From Chiloscyllium plagiosum (taxonomy: Eukaryota), in NCBI RefSeq assembly GCF_004010195.1, contig NC_057718.1, positions 50,980,819 through 51,032,067 of the forward strand: a DNA stretch of 51,249 nt. Reading direction: 5' to 3'. The notes under the pieces were generated by a model. That model was not told the origin of the DNA, did no database searches, and saw nothing but the letters and a program-made list of their open reading frames with translations. The position numbers and the translations under genes are program-made. Positions 50,196 to 51,249 of this stretch are shown here, piece after piece; the stretch's first letter is position 1; every line of letters begins with the position of its first letter.

Positions 50196-51249
50196 AATCA
50201 TCTTCGGTGAAAGCAGAAGCATTGTTGTGAAGACTGGACTTTCAGAGCAGCTTTCAAAGAGGTTTTGCCCTTACTGGGAGCAGAAGAAGTTACAATTAAA
50301 CTTTTCATTTGTGAATAAGTGAGTATGTCTGGGATTTTGGTGGAAAGTGAGAATTCATTGCATTGTGGGGATCGAGTGCTTTAAGGTTTACTGGCAGTAA
50401 GTAAAGTGTGCTGAGCGGGGAGCTCAGCGAAGGGTTAGGTGGGTTTTTATTTTAAACTGCTCATTTTTTTCCAGACTCCAATATTGTATTTCCAATGCTG
50501 TGCATCAGAAGGAGCGGTGAATTAGTAACTGGTATCATTAGAAGCCTTATGATTTTCAGTACTGCAGGTTTTGCATTGTTTCATCAGCATTGTAAAGGTT
50601 ACTGGCAGCAGCGGGAGGTGTGGGCTGTATTCTCTAGAAACGATTAAGCAGTTAGATAACACATGTACGAGAGGGCAGGGTGGGACTTGTCTTTCGATTT
50701 GCAGAAGGTGGGAGTTTCTGGCTGCAGTGGTCCGGGTTGCAGACAACTGCGGTAAATCATAGAAGTCCTATAGTGTGGAAGTCGGCCATTCAGCCCATCA
50801 AGTCCACACTGATCTTGAGATCTTTTGAATCCAGTTTTGATTGCTGGTATGTTTATTCTCCTTGTTCCTTTCTATTGTTCTCCGACGTTCATTTTCCACA
50901 TCACTACATTGCTCACCTGCCTTCATTTCGATTGGCCATGCTAAATTGCCCATAGTGCCCAGGGATTAATAGGTTAGGTGGGTTAGCCAATGGGAAATGC
51001 AGGGTTATAGTTTCATTGTAATAGCAGAAGTAGGCCATTTGGCCTGTTGAGCCTGCTTCACCATTTATTAAGATCGTGGCTGATCTATCCATCATCTCAG
51101 CTCTTCTTACTTGTGTTATCTCAAACTCTTGATTCCCTAAGGGGTGGGGGCGCAAGGGGTGTATGAGCAGGATGCTCTTCGGAGGGGTCAGAATGGACTT
51201 GATGGGCTGAATAGCCAGCTTCCACACTGTAGGGCTTCTATGATTTACC

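Overview
Eukaryotic, repeat-dense genomic DNA, most likely from a shark. The evidence is many HE1-type V-SINE copies, a SacSINE1-like Deu-SINE and CR1-clade LINE fragments; the taxon is an inference. The window contains no complete intact protein-coding gene, and almost every ORF in the track is a repeat fragment or spurious. It holds decayed CR1 LINEs, Penelope-like element (PLE) remnants (RT YIDD motif, GIY-YIG), fossil PIF/Harbinger transposase and Myb/SANT-like fragments, a CpG-rich solo LTR, a C2H2 zinc-finger pseudogene and a housekeeping-type promoter. It also has a candidate ITIM-bearing terminal exon at 711-868 and two assembly gaps. The most notable system is a set of ~200-bp fold-back (palindromic) non-coding insertions derived from PLE termini. 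They carry minimal hammerhead-ribozyme motifs, are flanked by 8-16 bp target-site duplications (TSDs), and their two arms share copy-specific variants. One copy has captured 74 bp of neighbouring genomic DNA between its arms. All family assignments come from motif recognition by eye, not database searches.
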